Shown piece after piece: positions 10,993 to 22,284 of a stretch of DNA of 64,000 bases. The position numbers and the translations under genes were made by a program. The DNA is taken from contig CBDFFH010000034.1 in assembly GCA_965246715.1 (NCBI GenBank), positions 32,001 through 96,000 of the forward strand, in the 5' to 3' direction. The notes under the pieces were generated by a model, which was given only the letters and a program-made list of their open reading frames with translations, was not told the DNA's origin and ran no database searches. Numbering within the stretch: the first letter of the stretch is position 1; each line of letters starts with the position of its first letter. This DNA is from Chamaesiphon sp. (lineage in GTDB: Bacteria; Cyanobacteriota; Cyanobacteriia; Cyanobacteriales; Chamaesiphonaceae).

Positions 10993-13900
10993 ATGAGCCA
11001 GGATCCGATCGGTAGTCTTACAGATGATGAAGAACTTAATTTTTCCGAACCAGTAGAGGTGTTCGTTTTTCCGACTTCTTTCGCTCAGCAACGATTGTGG
11101 TTTCTCGACAGATTAGCACCAGGAAATCCCTTTTATAATGTCTCAACTGCACTACGCCTCAAAGGTGCCCTCAATTTCACCGCTTTAAAGCAGACATTTA
11201 ACGAAATCGTTTGTCGCCACGAAACCTTACGCACTACGTTTCTGGTGATGGATGGGCAAACTTTACAGGCAATCTCGCCGAGCCTTAATATCCTGCTACC
11301 CTTAATAGATTTACGCAATTTCCAGAGCCAAGCACGCGAACCACAACTGAGGCAAATCGCCACCGACGAGGCTCAACATCCGTTCGATCTCACCACTGGG
11401 CCACTCTTGCGCGTGAAGCTGTTACAGATAGAGGAGAGAGAATATGTACTGCTGCTAAATTTCCATCACATTGTCGCCGATGGTTGGTCGATCGGTGTGT
11501 TAATTAGAGAACTAGGCATATTATATAAAGCCTTTGCAGCGGATGAGCGGTCTGTGCTCTTACCAGAACTAACCATTCAATATGCAGATTTTGCTCAATG
11601 GCAACGGGAGTGGCTGCAAGGAGTAGGGACAAATGGCAATTCTCTCCTCCAAACTCAGTTAGCTTACTGGCAACAGCAGTTAGATGGCATTTCGGTGCTA
11701 AATCTCCCCGCAGACCGTCCCAGACCCGCAGTGCCGAGCTATAGAGGTGCTAAACAGGTTTTAGAGTTATCACCCTCTCTCAGTCAAGCACTAGAGGCAC
11801 TGAGCTATCGTGAAGGTGTGACCTTATTCATGACGATGCTGACAGCGTTTGAGACTTTACTCTATCGCTATACGCAGCAAGAAGATATTGCCATTGGTTC
11901 GCCAATTGCCAATCGCAACCGCAGCGAATTAGAAGGATTAATTGGCTTTTTTGTCAATAGTTTGGTGCTGCGCACAGATTGTTCGGGTCAGCCGACATTT
12001 CGGGAATTGTTGCAGCGAGTGCGAGAGGTAACTCTGGGTGCCTATGCTCATCAGGATTTGCCGTTTGAAAAGCTAGTAGAGGAGCTACATCCAGAGCGAG
12101 ATTTGAGCTATCATCCGTTGTTTCAGGTGGCATTTAGCTTCCAAAATACGCCGATTTCCACTCTAGAGTTACCTGGAGTAACGCTGTCGCTATTGGAGTT
12201 GGATACCACAACTGCCAGGCTCGATCTTGAGTTCCATCTGTGGCAGGATGCGGGAATTATCAAAGGGCAAATAGTGTATAGCACTGATATCTTTGATGGT
12301 GTGACCATTACGCGGATGCTCGGACATTTTCAAACTTTGTTAGCAAGTGTTATTGCTAATCCAGAACAGTGCGTTTCTGATGTGGCGGTGTTGAGGGCGA
12401 TCGAAAAGCAACAGTTATTAATTGATTGGAACGATCCGAAAACAGAGTGCCCTAAAGAGTGTTTTCATCAGTTATTTGAAGCACAGGTGCGAAAAACTCC
12501 CGATGCGATCGCGTTAGTCTTTAACGAGCAGAAGTTAACTTATTGTGAGCTAAATATGCTTGCCAATCAACTAGCCCATTATTTGCAAAAGTTGGGAGTA
12601 ATTCCCGATCGAGTAGTCGGGATTTGGATCGATCGATCTCCAGAAACGATCGTCGCGATCTTAGGTATTCTTAAAGCGGGTGGAGCCTATCTACCTCTAG
12701 ATCATAGTCTACCTCAAGAGCGTCTGAACTTCATGTTAGCAGATGCCCAAGCTTCATTATTAATAACCCGATCGAATTCCATCGATCTATTTAAAAATTT
12801 CTCGCAGCCAATTATTGACATCGATCGAGATTGGGAAACTATTAGACAATACAGCCAAGAAAACCCCACCAGTTGCGTTACATCTGACGATCTAGCTTAT
12901 GTTATCTATACATCTGGCTCGACTGGGCAACCTAAAGGTGTTGCGATCGAACATCGAGGATTGTCCAACTTAGCACAAGCTCAGATTGAGGTATTTAATG
13001 TCCAACCGAGTCACCGAATTTTACAATTTGCATCGTTAAGTTTCGACGCTTCAATTTTTGAGATTGTCATGGCATTGCGATCGGGTGCAACTCTTGATTT
13101 AGCTGATAAGGAATCTCTGTCACCCGGACAACCTTTACTCGAATTATTACGCGATCGAGCGATTACTCACGTTACTCTCCCACCAGCAGTCTTAGCCGTC
13201 CTACCTCTAGCATCGCTGCCAGCCTTACAAACTATTATTTGTGCGGGCGAATCCTGTCCTGAAGATATTATTAAAAGGTGGTGGAGTCCTCAACGGCGGT
13301 TTTTCAATGCTTATGGACTGACTGAATCAACGGTATGGTCTACCGTTGCCGAAATTAAATCTGCGAGCGAACAAATATCGATCGGGCGACCGATCGCGAA
13401 TATACAAATTTATATATTAGACAAACATTTACAGTCAGTACCAATTGGAATTGATGGCGAACTATATATCGGTGGTGATGGATTGGGGCGAGGCTATATC
13501 AATCGTCCCGAATTAACTGCCAAACATTTTATTGCTAATCCTTTTGACGAGCGACAGGGGGCGCGGCTTTATAAGACAGGCGATCTAGCTCGGTATCGAT
13601 TGGATGGTAACATTGAATTTTTAGGTCGCAGCGACAATCGCGTCAAAATTCGTGGCTTTCGGATCGAATTATCAGAAATTGAAACAGCGATCGATCGGCA
13701 TCTAAATGTGCGGACGGTGGTAGTAATCGATCGAGAAAATAGCTATGGAGATAAGTATTTAATTGCTTATATTGTTCTGAATACAGATACGCTAAATTTC
13801 ACAGCTTCATTACGCAAATTTTTAATAGAAAAATTACCAGAATACATGATGCCAAAAGCTTTTGTATTTCTAGATGCTCTCCCACTCACAGCTAGTGGCA

Positions 13901-15096
13901 AAGTCGATCGAGATGCGCTCTTAAAATTCAATCCGGCACACAAGATCGATAAAGAATTTATCACACCGCGTACTCCTACCGAGTCTACCCTGGCTGAAAT
14001 TTGGGCGGAAGTCCTGAATATCGATCGAGTGGGTATTTACGATAACTTCTTCGATTTGGGTGGAGATTCGCTATTAACTGTCCGGTTGTTACAGCAAATA
14101 TCCGATCGACTTAATTATGAACTACCCCTAGCTAGCTTATTTTTAAATCCTACAATTGAGAGGTTAGCAACTTGTCTATCCTCACCAGTAGATACTCTTT
14201 CTGGATCGCCTTTAGTTGCGATTCAACCTGATGGCTCCAACCCATCTTTCTTCTGCATCCATCCCATTTTTGGCGTTGTTTTTCCTTATTACGAATTAGC
14301 CGCCCAATTAGGCAAAAACCAACCATTTTATGGACTACAACCGATCGGACTAGATGGCAAAACTCCGCCCCTAACGCGGATTGAAGATATGGCTGCCCAT
14401 TATATCGAAGCATTGCGATCGCTACAGCCTCACGGCCCTTATTATTTGGGAGGTTGGTCTTTTGGCGGTTGGGTGGCTTTTGAAATGGCGCAACAACTCC
14501 AACAGGCAGGGGAAGAAGTAGCATTACTAGCGGTGCTGGATACTTTGGCACCAATTCCAGGACATGTATCTTTAGGTCATGGTTTAAAGTTTATGCTAAC
14601 GACAGCGGCGCGATATATTTGGCCGTTTTTTCTCGATTATGTTTATCTAATCATCGCGATCTTCAAGCAGCAAATTAATAGTTTAATCGAGCGATTTCCT
14701 AATTTAAATAAAATCTTGCGTTATTCCGGTTGGGAGTGGCTGATGCGATCTCGATCGAAACAGAATGCTACCCTTAACCCGTCGAAAGAATCCCAGCTCA
14801 GAATTTTAAGCGAGTTAGCAATCGTACCGATGCTACGGGTGTTTTATGCCAATAGTCAAGCAGTGCTCGACTACGTGCCGCAAGCTTACTCCAGCCGTAT
14901 CGATTTGTTTAGAACGAAGGCTCATTCGAGTAGTGGCAAGGAAGATCTGAGTCTGAGTTGGGATCGGTTAGCTAAAGGTGGAACGGAAATTCATCATCTT
15001 CCTGGCAATCACCTGACGATGCTCAGGAAACCGCATATTCAGGTGCTTGCGGCACAGTTAAAAGCTTGTATCGATCTAGCTACGCAAAGGGATTGA
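10993..15096 (+). CDS. NRPS module C-A-PCP-TE (predicted aromatic residue)
   Basis: HHIVADGWS, YTSGSTGQPKG, FFDLGGDSL, TE GWSFGG; hand-read A-domain code DAFTIAAVWK. Confidence 0.95.
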   Translation: MSQDPIGSLTDDEELNFSEPVEVFVFPTSFAQQRLWFLDRLAPGNPFYNVSTALRLKGALNFTALKQTFNEIVCRHETLRTTFLVMDGQTLQAISPSLNILLPLIDLRNFQSQAREPQLRQIATDEAQHPFDLTTGPLLRVKLLQIEEREYVLLLNFHHIVADGWSIGVLIRELGILYKAFAADERSVLLPELTIQYADFAQWQREWLQGVGTNGNSLLQTQLAYWQQQLDGISVLNLPADRPRPAVPSYRGAKQVLELSPSLSQALEALSYREGVTLFMTMLTAFETLLYRYTQQEDIAIGSPIANRNRSELEGLIGFFVNSLVLRTDCSGQPTFRELLQRVREVTLGAYAHQDLPFEKLVEELHPERDLSYHPLFQVAFSFQNTPISTLELPGVTLSLLELDTTTARLDLEFHLWQDAGIIKGQIVYSTDIFDGVTITRMLGHFQTLLASVIANPEQCVSDVAVLRAIEKQQLLIDWNDPKTECPKECFHQLFEAQVRKTPDAIALVFNEQKLTYCELNMLANQLAHYLQKLGVIPDRVVGIWIDRSPETIVAILGILKAGGAYLPLDHSLPQERLNFMLADAQASLLITRSNSIDLFKNFSQPIIDIDRDWETIRQYSQENPTSCVTSDDLAYVIYTSGSTGQPKGVAIEHRGLSNLAQAQIEVFNVQPSHRILQFASLSFDASIFEIVMALRSGATLDLADKESLSPGQPLLELLRDRAITHVTLPPAVLAVLPLASLPALQTIICAGESCPEDIIKRWWSPQRRFFNAYGLTESTVWSTVAEIKSASEQISIGRPIANIQIYILDKHLQSVPIGIDGELYIGGDGLGRGYINRPELTAKHFIANPFDERQGARLYKTGDLARYRLDGNIEFLGRSDNRVKIRGFRIELSEIETAIDRHLNVRTVVVIDRENSYGDKYLIAYIVLNTDTLNFTASLRKFLIEKLPEYMMPKAFVFLDALPLTASGKVDRDALLKFNPAHKIDKEFITPRTPTESTLAEIWAEVLNIDRVGIYDNFFDLGGDSLLTVRLLQQISDRLNYELPLASLFLNPTIERLATCLSSPVDTLSGSPLVAIQPDGSNPSFFCIHPIFGVVFPYYELAAQLGKNQPFYGLQPIGLDGKTPPLTRIEDMAAHYIEALRSLQPHGPYYLGGWSFGGWVAFEMAQQLQQAGEEVALLAVLDTLAPIPGHVSLGHGLKFMLTTAARYIWPFFLDYVYLIIAIFKQQINSLIERFPNLNKILRYSGWEWLMRSRSKQNATLNPSKESQLRILSELAIVPMLRVFYANSQAVLDYVPQAYSSRIDLFRTKAHSSSGKEDLSLSWDRLAKGGTEIHHLPGNHLTMLRKPHIQVLAAQLKACIDLATQRD

Positions 15097-17414
15097 GGAT
15101 ATTACACCAAAATCTTGCCCTCTCTCCCAAGCTTGGGAGAGGGGAGCAAGAGCCGCAGGATCTGGCGGGGTGAGGGCGACCTGGGGTTTCCGCTGGCAAC
15201 TCTTAATCCAACAAGAATCGATATGTTTTCTGAAGAAGTCTTCGTCTTTCCCGCATCTTTTGCCCAGCAGCGACTCTGGTTCCTCGATCGATCGATCCCT
15301 GGCAATACTATTTACAATGTACACACAGCAATTCACCTAGCAGGTTCGCTAAACCTAGCCGCACTAGAACGGACTTTTAATGAAATCGTCCGTCGTCACG
15401 AAACCTTACGCACTACTTTTATAGTAGAGGATGGGCAACCCTTACAGGCGATCGCACCCAGCGCAACTATCCCTTTGCAAGTAGTAGATCTCCAGCATTT
15501 AGACTCGGAAGAGCGAGATGTGACAGCCAAGAGGATTATTAACACCGCGCTCAAATATGCCTTCGATCTAGCCTCTGGGGCATTATTGCGCGTTACCATC
15601 CTCGTTTTGTCAGACACAGAACATATTCTGTTAATAAATATGCACCATATCATCTGTGATGATTGGTCGCTGGGTGTGCTGATTCGGGAATTGAGTACAG
15701 TGTATACAGCTTTTGCCCAAAATCGGTCTTCTCCTCTGTCAGAACTGCCTCTTCAGTACGCCGATTTTGCTCAGTGGCAGCGCGAGTGGCTACAAGGAGA
15801 AATCCTCGACACCCAGTTAGCTTACTGGCGGCAGCAATTAAACGGTATTTCGACGCTGCATTTGCCTACCGACAAACCCAGATCGGCAATCCAAAACTAC
15901 CAAGGGGCAACCCAATTTTTAGAGTTACCAAAACAGCTAACCGATCGCTTAGAACAGTTATCGCAGCAAGCAGGAGTTACCCTATTTATGACGCTGCTGG
16001 CTGCATTTCAAACGTTAATTTACCGTTATACACACCAATCGGATATCGCGATCGGTTCGCCAATTGCCAATCGTAATCGTAGCGAAATAGAAGGCATAAT
16101 TGGCTTTTTTGTCAATACTTTAGTGCTACGTAGCGATCTATCTGGAAATCCTACTTTTCGGGAATTATTAGACAGAGTACGAGAGGTCACAGTTGGCGCA
16201 TACACGCATCAAGATTTGCCGTTTGAAAAGTTAGTATCAGAACTACATCCAGAGCGAAGCTTGAGCCATCATCCACTGTTTCAAGTGGTATTTGGTTTCC
16301 AGAATGCACCCATGTCATCACTAGAATTGCCTGGATTAGTACCGAGATTAATTAATATTGACTCTAAAACAACTCGCTTCGATTTGGAACTGCATCTCTG
16401 GAAGTGTGGCGAAGATTTTCGTAGCTCAGATGGCGGTAAATGGCATGATACTGAAGGTCTGCGAGGGATAGTCGTATACAACACAGATTTATTCGAGCCA
16501 GCCACGATCGATCGAATGCTAAGTCATTTCAAGACTCTGTTGTCAAGCATTGTCGCAAATCCCGATCGACGAATTGCTAACTTACCGTTATTAAGTGACG
16601 TAGAGATAAATCGAGTAATGGTGGAATGGAATAATACCCAAGTAAATGAGTCTGAAGATAAGTGTATCCATCAAATACTTGAAGCAAGAGTAAGACAATA
16701 TCCCGATGAGATCGCTCTGAATTTTGCGAGCAATCGCATCACTTATCAAGAATTAAATAGTCGCAGTAATCAACTCGCTCGACACTTCCAAAAATTAGGA
16801 GTAGGTGCGGAAGTTTTAGTCGGCATTTGCATTCCCCAATCGATCGACACAATCGTCGGGCTATTAGCTATTCTCAAAGCTGGTGGAGCCTATGTGCCAC
16901 TAGACCCCAGCTATCCTCAAGAGCGTCTCAATTTTATGCTTGAAGATGCGCGAGTTGCCGTATTGCTAACACAATCGAACTCAATCGATCGGTTTGAAGA
17001 TTTCACGAATCCGATTGTTTCGATCGATAACAATTGGGAAATTATTGCTCAAGAACGGGCAGATAATCTCCACTGCGATCTAAATAGCGATAATTTAGCC
17101 TATGTTATTTATACCTCTGGTTCGACAGGTCAGCCCAAGGGAGTAGCCGTAACTCACCAAGCAATAAATCGGCTGGTATGCAATCCAAATTATATCAAAT
17201 TTGAGCCATTCAATAAAGTTGCCCAAGCCGCAAATATTTCCTTCGATGCAGCGACATTCGAGATTTGGGGCGCGTTACTAAATGGTGCCGAACTTATGGC
17301 GATCGATCGGGAGGTAACGCTTTCGCCTAGAGAGTTTGCACTGCAAATTCGCGACAAAAACATCGATATTCTATTTTTAACTACTGCACTATTTCAGCAG
17401 ATTGCTAGAGATGT

Positions 17415-18902
17415 CAGGGTGAACGCACTTAAATTTCCTACTATTTAAAATCCTCGCAAATCAGTTGCAGATTTGAATTACGAAAAGTATGAAAGCTTTA
17501 ATGGTAAACAAGTATAGCCAGTTAATTATGTTATATTTATTGGAAATTCAGATCGCGTCAAATGAAGCTAAAGCCAAGGCATAGTATCGCAGAACACTTT
17601 GGTGACATAAAAGACATTAGAATTGAACGGGGGAAAAAACACAAACTAATCGATATTATCACGATCTCGATTTGTGCAGTAGTATGTGGAGCAGATGGAT
17701 GGGAAGACATAGAGCTGTATGGCATCACCAGAAAAAAATGGCTGGAGGAATTTCTAGAATTACCGAATGGGATACCATCTCACGATACATTTGCACGGGT
17801 ATTTTCACAAATTAATCCTGAAGAATTCAATAAATCTTTCCTGCATTGGATTAAAGGAATAAGTAAAATAACAGCAGGAGAGATAATCGCATTTGATGGA
17901 AAACAATCTCGAAATTCAAGAGACGAAAAAAATGGTAAAGGAGTAATTAATACGGTCAGTGCTTGGGCAGCAAGTAATAGATTAGTATTAGGACAAACAA
18001 AAGTCGAGAGTAAATCAAATGAAATTACTGCATTGCCTGAGTTGATTAATGCCTTAGATCTAGCTGGATGTATAGTGACAATTGATGCAATGGGATGTCA
18101 GCGAGAAATAGTCAAGAAAATTGTCAAAAAAGAAGCAGATTATGTAATTGCTGTCAAAAAGAATCAACCAAGTTTATATGAAAGGGTAGAACAGCTATTC
18201 AAACAGGCGATTAAAACTCGTGGTGAAAGTCTGAAAACGCATAGCTTCAGCAGTAGAGAGATGAATAGAGGTAGAGAGGAAACTCGTAATTACCTAATGA
18301 TATCAGACATTGCAACATCAATAGATCCATTGCTAAAATGGCAAAATCTGACTAGTATTTGCATGGTAGAATCAGTTCGAGTTGTCAATGAAAAAACCAG
18401 CGTAGAAGCTCGTTATTTCATCAGTAGCTTAGAAGATAATGTTGAAAAACTAGCAGAAGCAATCAGAGGTCATTGGTCGATAGAAAATTCACTCCATTGG
18501 GTACTTGATGTTATTTTCAAAGAAGACATTAGTCGAATTAGAAAAGATAATGCTCCAGCTAATTTTGCTGTTTTAAGACATATAGCAGTTAATATAATGA
18601 GTCAGAACAAGAGTCGAAAACTAAGTGTTAGGAAGAAGCGATTTCTTGCGAGCCTTGATGAAGAATATTCGCGCGAACTTCTAGAGGCTATTTTAGCCTA
18701 AATTTAACTAACCCCAGAGTATGAATTTGGCTAAATATCTTTAGCCGCACTTTTGCCGGACTAAATTGAGTTAATTTAACCTCGTCTTTGGTTTCGATTT
18801 TATTGATATTGTCGTAATTGTAGTTAAGCAATCGAATATCATTAATCGCCTATTTTAGTGGCTCTCGATCGAAATAAATCCTGTTTTGATGCGTTCACCC
18901 TG
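17415..18902 (+). mobile_element. ISAs1-family insertion sequence (1488 bp)
   Basis: 13-bp TIR CAGGGTGAACGCA/TGCGTTCACCCTG; 10-bp target duplication CTAGAGATGT at 17405-17414 and 18903-18912. Confidence 0.96.
17562..18701 (+). CDS. ISAs1-family (H-repeat associated) transposase
   Basis: GIPSHDTF, KSNEITA, TIDAMGCQ, HWSIENSLHWVLDV. Confidence 0.96.
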   Translation: MKLKPRHSIAEHFGDIKDIRIERGKKHKLIDIITISICAVVCGADGWEDIELYGITRKKWLEEFLELPNGIPSHDTFARVFSQINPEEFNKSFLHWIKGISKITAGEIIAFDGKQSRNSRDEKNGKGVINTVSAWAASNRLVLGQTKVESKSNEITALPELINALDLAGCIVTIDAMGCQREIVKKIVKKEADYVIAVKKNQPSLYERVEQLFKQAIKTRGESLKTHSFSSREMNRGREETRNYLMISDIATSIDPLLKWQNLTSICMVESVRVVNEKTSVEARYFISSLEDNVEKLAEAIRGHWSIENSLHWVLDVIFKEDISRIRKDNAPANFAVLRHIAVNIMSQNKSRKLSVRKKRFLASLDEEYSRELLEAILA

Positions 18903-20451
18903 CTAGAGATGTACCTCAAGCTTTTGAGACATTGAAGTATTTATTGTTTGGTGGTGAGACTGTCGATGTACGCTGGGTTAATAAAATTATTAAACATGGT
19001 GCATCACAGCATTTAATTCATGTTTATGGGCCGACTGAGAATACAACATTTTCTACTTATCATGATGTAGATATATCACAATCTATCGCATCTTTACCGA
19101 TCGGTCGTCCGATTACTAACACCCAAATTTACATATTAGATCCCCATTTACAACCGCTACCGATTGGCGTTACTGGTGAAATCTATCTTGGTGGAGACGG
19201 ACTGGCACGAGAATATCTCGATCGCCCCGATTTAACTACTAAACACTTTATCCCCAATCCTTTCGATCGCGATGCAAATACACGTCTTTATAAAACGGGA
19301 GATTTCGCTCGTTATTTACCAGATGGTAATATTGAATTTTTAGGTCGCACCGATAATCTCGTAAAAATTCGCGGTTTTCGGATTGAGTTATCAGAGATTG
19401 AAACGGTATTAAATCGACATCCAGCAGTCAGCGAAACTGTAATAATTGTGACAGAAGAAGTACCCGATGATAAACACTTAGTAGCTTATATAGTACTCGA
19501 TCGACAACAGATGCCAAAGCCAGAAGTAGAAAGCTTTCGGCAATTTCTTAAATCGAAGTTGCCAGCATATATGGTGCCAACAGTCTATATGTTTCCAGAA
19601 TCTTTACCACTCACCCCGAATGGTAAAGTCGATCGAGCGGCATTACCAACGCCCGATTTAATTAGTTATCACGATCGAGATTATGTGGCACCGCGATCGC
19701 AAGTTGAAGAGTTACTTACCCAAATTTGGGCAAAAGTCTTGGGCAAAGAGCGAATAGGTATCCACGACAATTTTTTTGAATCTGGCGGTCATTCGCTGCT
19801 AGCGACTCAATTAATGTCCCGAATTCGCGACACTTTCCAAATAGATTTACCCGTTCGCAATTTGTTTGAAGCACCCACGATCTCACAACTTGCCAGATAT
19901 ATCGATACCATGTGCTGGGCAGCAAGTGTAGATGAAACTGAAACTACGAGACTCGATCGAGAAGAAGTAGAATTTTGAGCGATTATTAGCTATCGATCGC
20001 TGTTTGGAGCGGATTGCAGTTGTTGTAATCGAGCAGATGACATGCAAGTACTTTAGCACCGATCTCACTTGCTGCCTACATCATTTACACTAACAGTAAT
20101 ACGATCGCCAAACGTGCTGACTGCTGCGGCAAACTGCTGATTTCGTTCCATCAATGCCATGTGTCCGCCTGGTTTGAGAGTGAACCGCTCGGCATCGGGT
20201 AATTCTGCTATCATCCGATCGCTAGCAACAGGTTTAGTGGCGATATCGACATCGCCGCAGATAACTAATACCGGAACGTGAATCTTTGCCAGCGTGTCTG
20301 TTTCATCAAATTTGAACATGCCCAATGTGCCGCGCGCTAGCACTTCGGGCGAACCCAATGCTGATAATAAACCTGCAAAACTTAGTTGACCCCGTGTTTC
20401 GCCGCCTGTAAATCCAGATAATTCGACGTTAATATACAACGAGCCATTTAA

Positions 20452-21278
20452 GGCGTTGCTGGATTAAGATATGATTTGGCGATCGAGAGGTAATCTGTGC
20501 CGTCGATCGCCAGAACTAACTGAATTAGGAGTTGGTACTTCACCAAATTTAAGATAATGAATTAACAATCTAATAGAATGCTTTAGCATTTGTTCGCACT
20601 TAGAATAACATAATGTTTTTCTTTTTAATCGAGCTAAGTAATGTCTGAGCCTAGTGTTTTCACCCTCAACTCTTGTCATATAAGTTTTACTCACGATTTG
20701 GTCACCATCTGGAATAAATATTGGATAGACCCTCCACCCATCCGTCACATAAAAATAACATTTCCATGTACTTACCAAATTCTCCCATAGCGGTCTAAAT
20801 GTCTTAGCACTGTGGTCGCCTAATACCCATCCTAAAATACCCATCTGAAAGTGATTTACTGCCGTCCAGAGCCAGATCTTGTTTTTTTTGAGCCAACAAA
20901 CGTCTCTAACTCATCCAACTCACCAACTTCTGGTATTTGGTCTGAATTATAGTAATCTGGGAGATTTCCCCCTACTTGCTTCACCCAATCCATGACAGTT
21001 GTATTATGCACACCCATTACTCTTTCTATTGCTCGAAATCCCATCCCATTAACATACATTGACAAACATTTCTGCTTGATTTGTGGTGAATATCCTCTGT
21101 GTGCTTCATAACAATCTATAAATTGCCGTCCGCAGTCTTTACAAATATGGTTCTGCTTTCCCTTTATTCGCCCATTTTTATTGATATTAGACGATCTACA
21201 TTCAGGACATTCCATTTAGATATTTGCTCTTGTTACTTCTCTCGATCGCCTTAGATCATATCCTAATCCAGCAACGCC
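20452..21278 (-). mobile_element. IS1-family insertion sequence (827 bp)
   Basis: TIR GGCGTTGCTGGATTA(A/G)GATATGAT at both ends; 8-bp target duplication CCATTTAA at 20444-20451 and 21279-21286. Confidence 0.95.
20464..21215 (-). CDS. IS1 transposase InsA-InsB, joined by a -1 programmed frameshift
   Basis: InsA zinc ribbon CPEC...CKDC; A8C slippery run at 20881-20889; -1 frame continues KNKIWLWTAV...VTDGW...VEGENTRLRHYLARL. Confidence 0.9.
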
Positions 21279-22284
21279 CCATTTAAATATGAGAGCCAAG
21301 TCATCAGCCATGCCAGGGGCCACAGCAGGGTAGTGAGGTACAACACGGGTTCGAGCAGCGGCTTTTGCAATTTACGTACCAGACTGCTCAAGATACAAGT
21401 TTTGACCGGATTGGTGTAAGTCGTATCCACCAGAATCAAGCCAGCCACTCGCGTGCCTAATTGCTCGGGAAATAAGCGACAGAATGTGAGGTTAATCATC
21501 CCACCCATGCTGTGCCCTAGCAGGATAACAGGTTTATTGCCCGCGATCGATACTACAGCTTCCAAATCGCGGGCATATTTTTCGACAGAGTGGTCGTTGT
21601 TGTGCGGTTTGGTGGACTTTCCTAGCCCTGGTAAATCCCACACAATTATGCGAAAGCGATCGCTCAGTTGTCGCTTGGCATAATACCAGATAGTGCTATT
21701 TGGCCCCCAGCCGTGTGACAAGATAATTGGCTGACCGTCTTCAGGGCCAAAGAACTCTACTTGCAAAACGCTACCATCCGGCCTTTGCAACCGTTTCACG
21801 GTGTTACTCCGCATAAACTTGGGTTCGTCATTACCCGGACGGCGCAGCAGTGGCAAACTAAACAGGTGACCGCCAAATGTCCACAGCACCATTACCAGTC
21901 CAGCGATTAAGTAAGATGTGCCGACCAGTACTCCTTCATACCACCGATAGAGAATGTAGCTCCCCCCACCCAGTATGCCAACTGATAGCAGTTGCACCAG
22001 CCAGACAAACAGAAAATTATGCGGCATGAATATCATTGGCTTCAACCTTACAATACTTGTTTAACTGCGTCGTCTTGTAAGTTCATACCATACTTACTAT
22101 CGTTAAACCTTCAGCCCAAGGAATGATTTTTGCACTTTTATAGATGTGCTAAAATCCCAATCTAGTTGCGTAGTACAGTATGGCGTATATAGATGTCTAG
22201 TTGGGACACGAACCGATATTTATTAGTACTGCTGCAATCTAAAGATACCCATCGATCGATTAATAACTATTGCGAAGAGGTGTA

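Larger units (their letters stand above)
15223..19978 (+). pseudogene. NRPS module C-A-PCP (predicted Ile) split by an ISAs1 insertion
   Basis: Removing 17415-18912 rejoins QIARDV|PQAFETLKYLLFGGE in frame (about 1085 aa); HHIICDDWS, GGHSL; code DAFFLGVTFK. Confidence 0.93.
20065..22045 (-). pseudogene. Membrane-anchored alpha/beta hydrolase split by an IS1 insertion
   Basis: HGW, GHSMGG nucleophile elbow, C-terminal GGHM; removing the IS rejoins WLSYLNG|SLYINVEL in frame. Confidence 0.9.

Noticed and set aside
15115..15222. N-terminal extension of NRPS module 2 and overlapping antisense ORFs
   Set aside because: Derived from a CCCTCTCTCCC/GGGAGAGGG REP-like palindrome; real start MFSEEV at 15223
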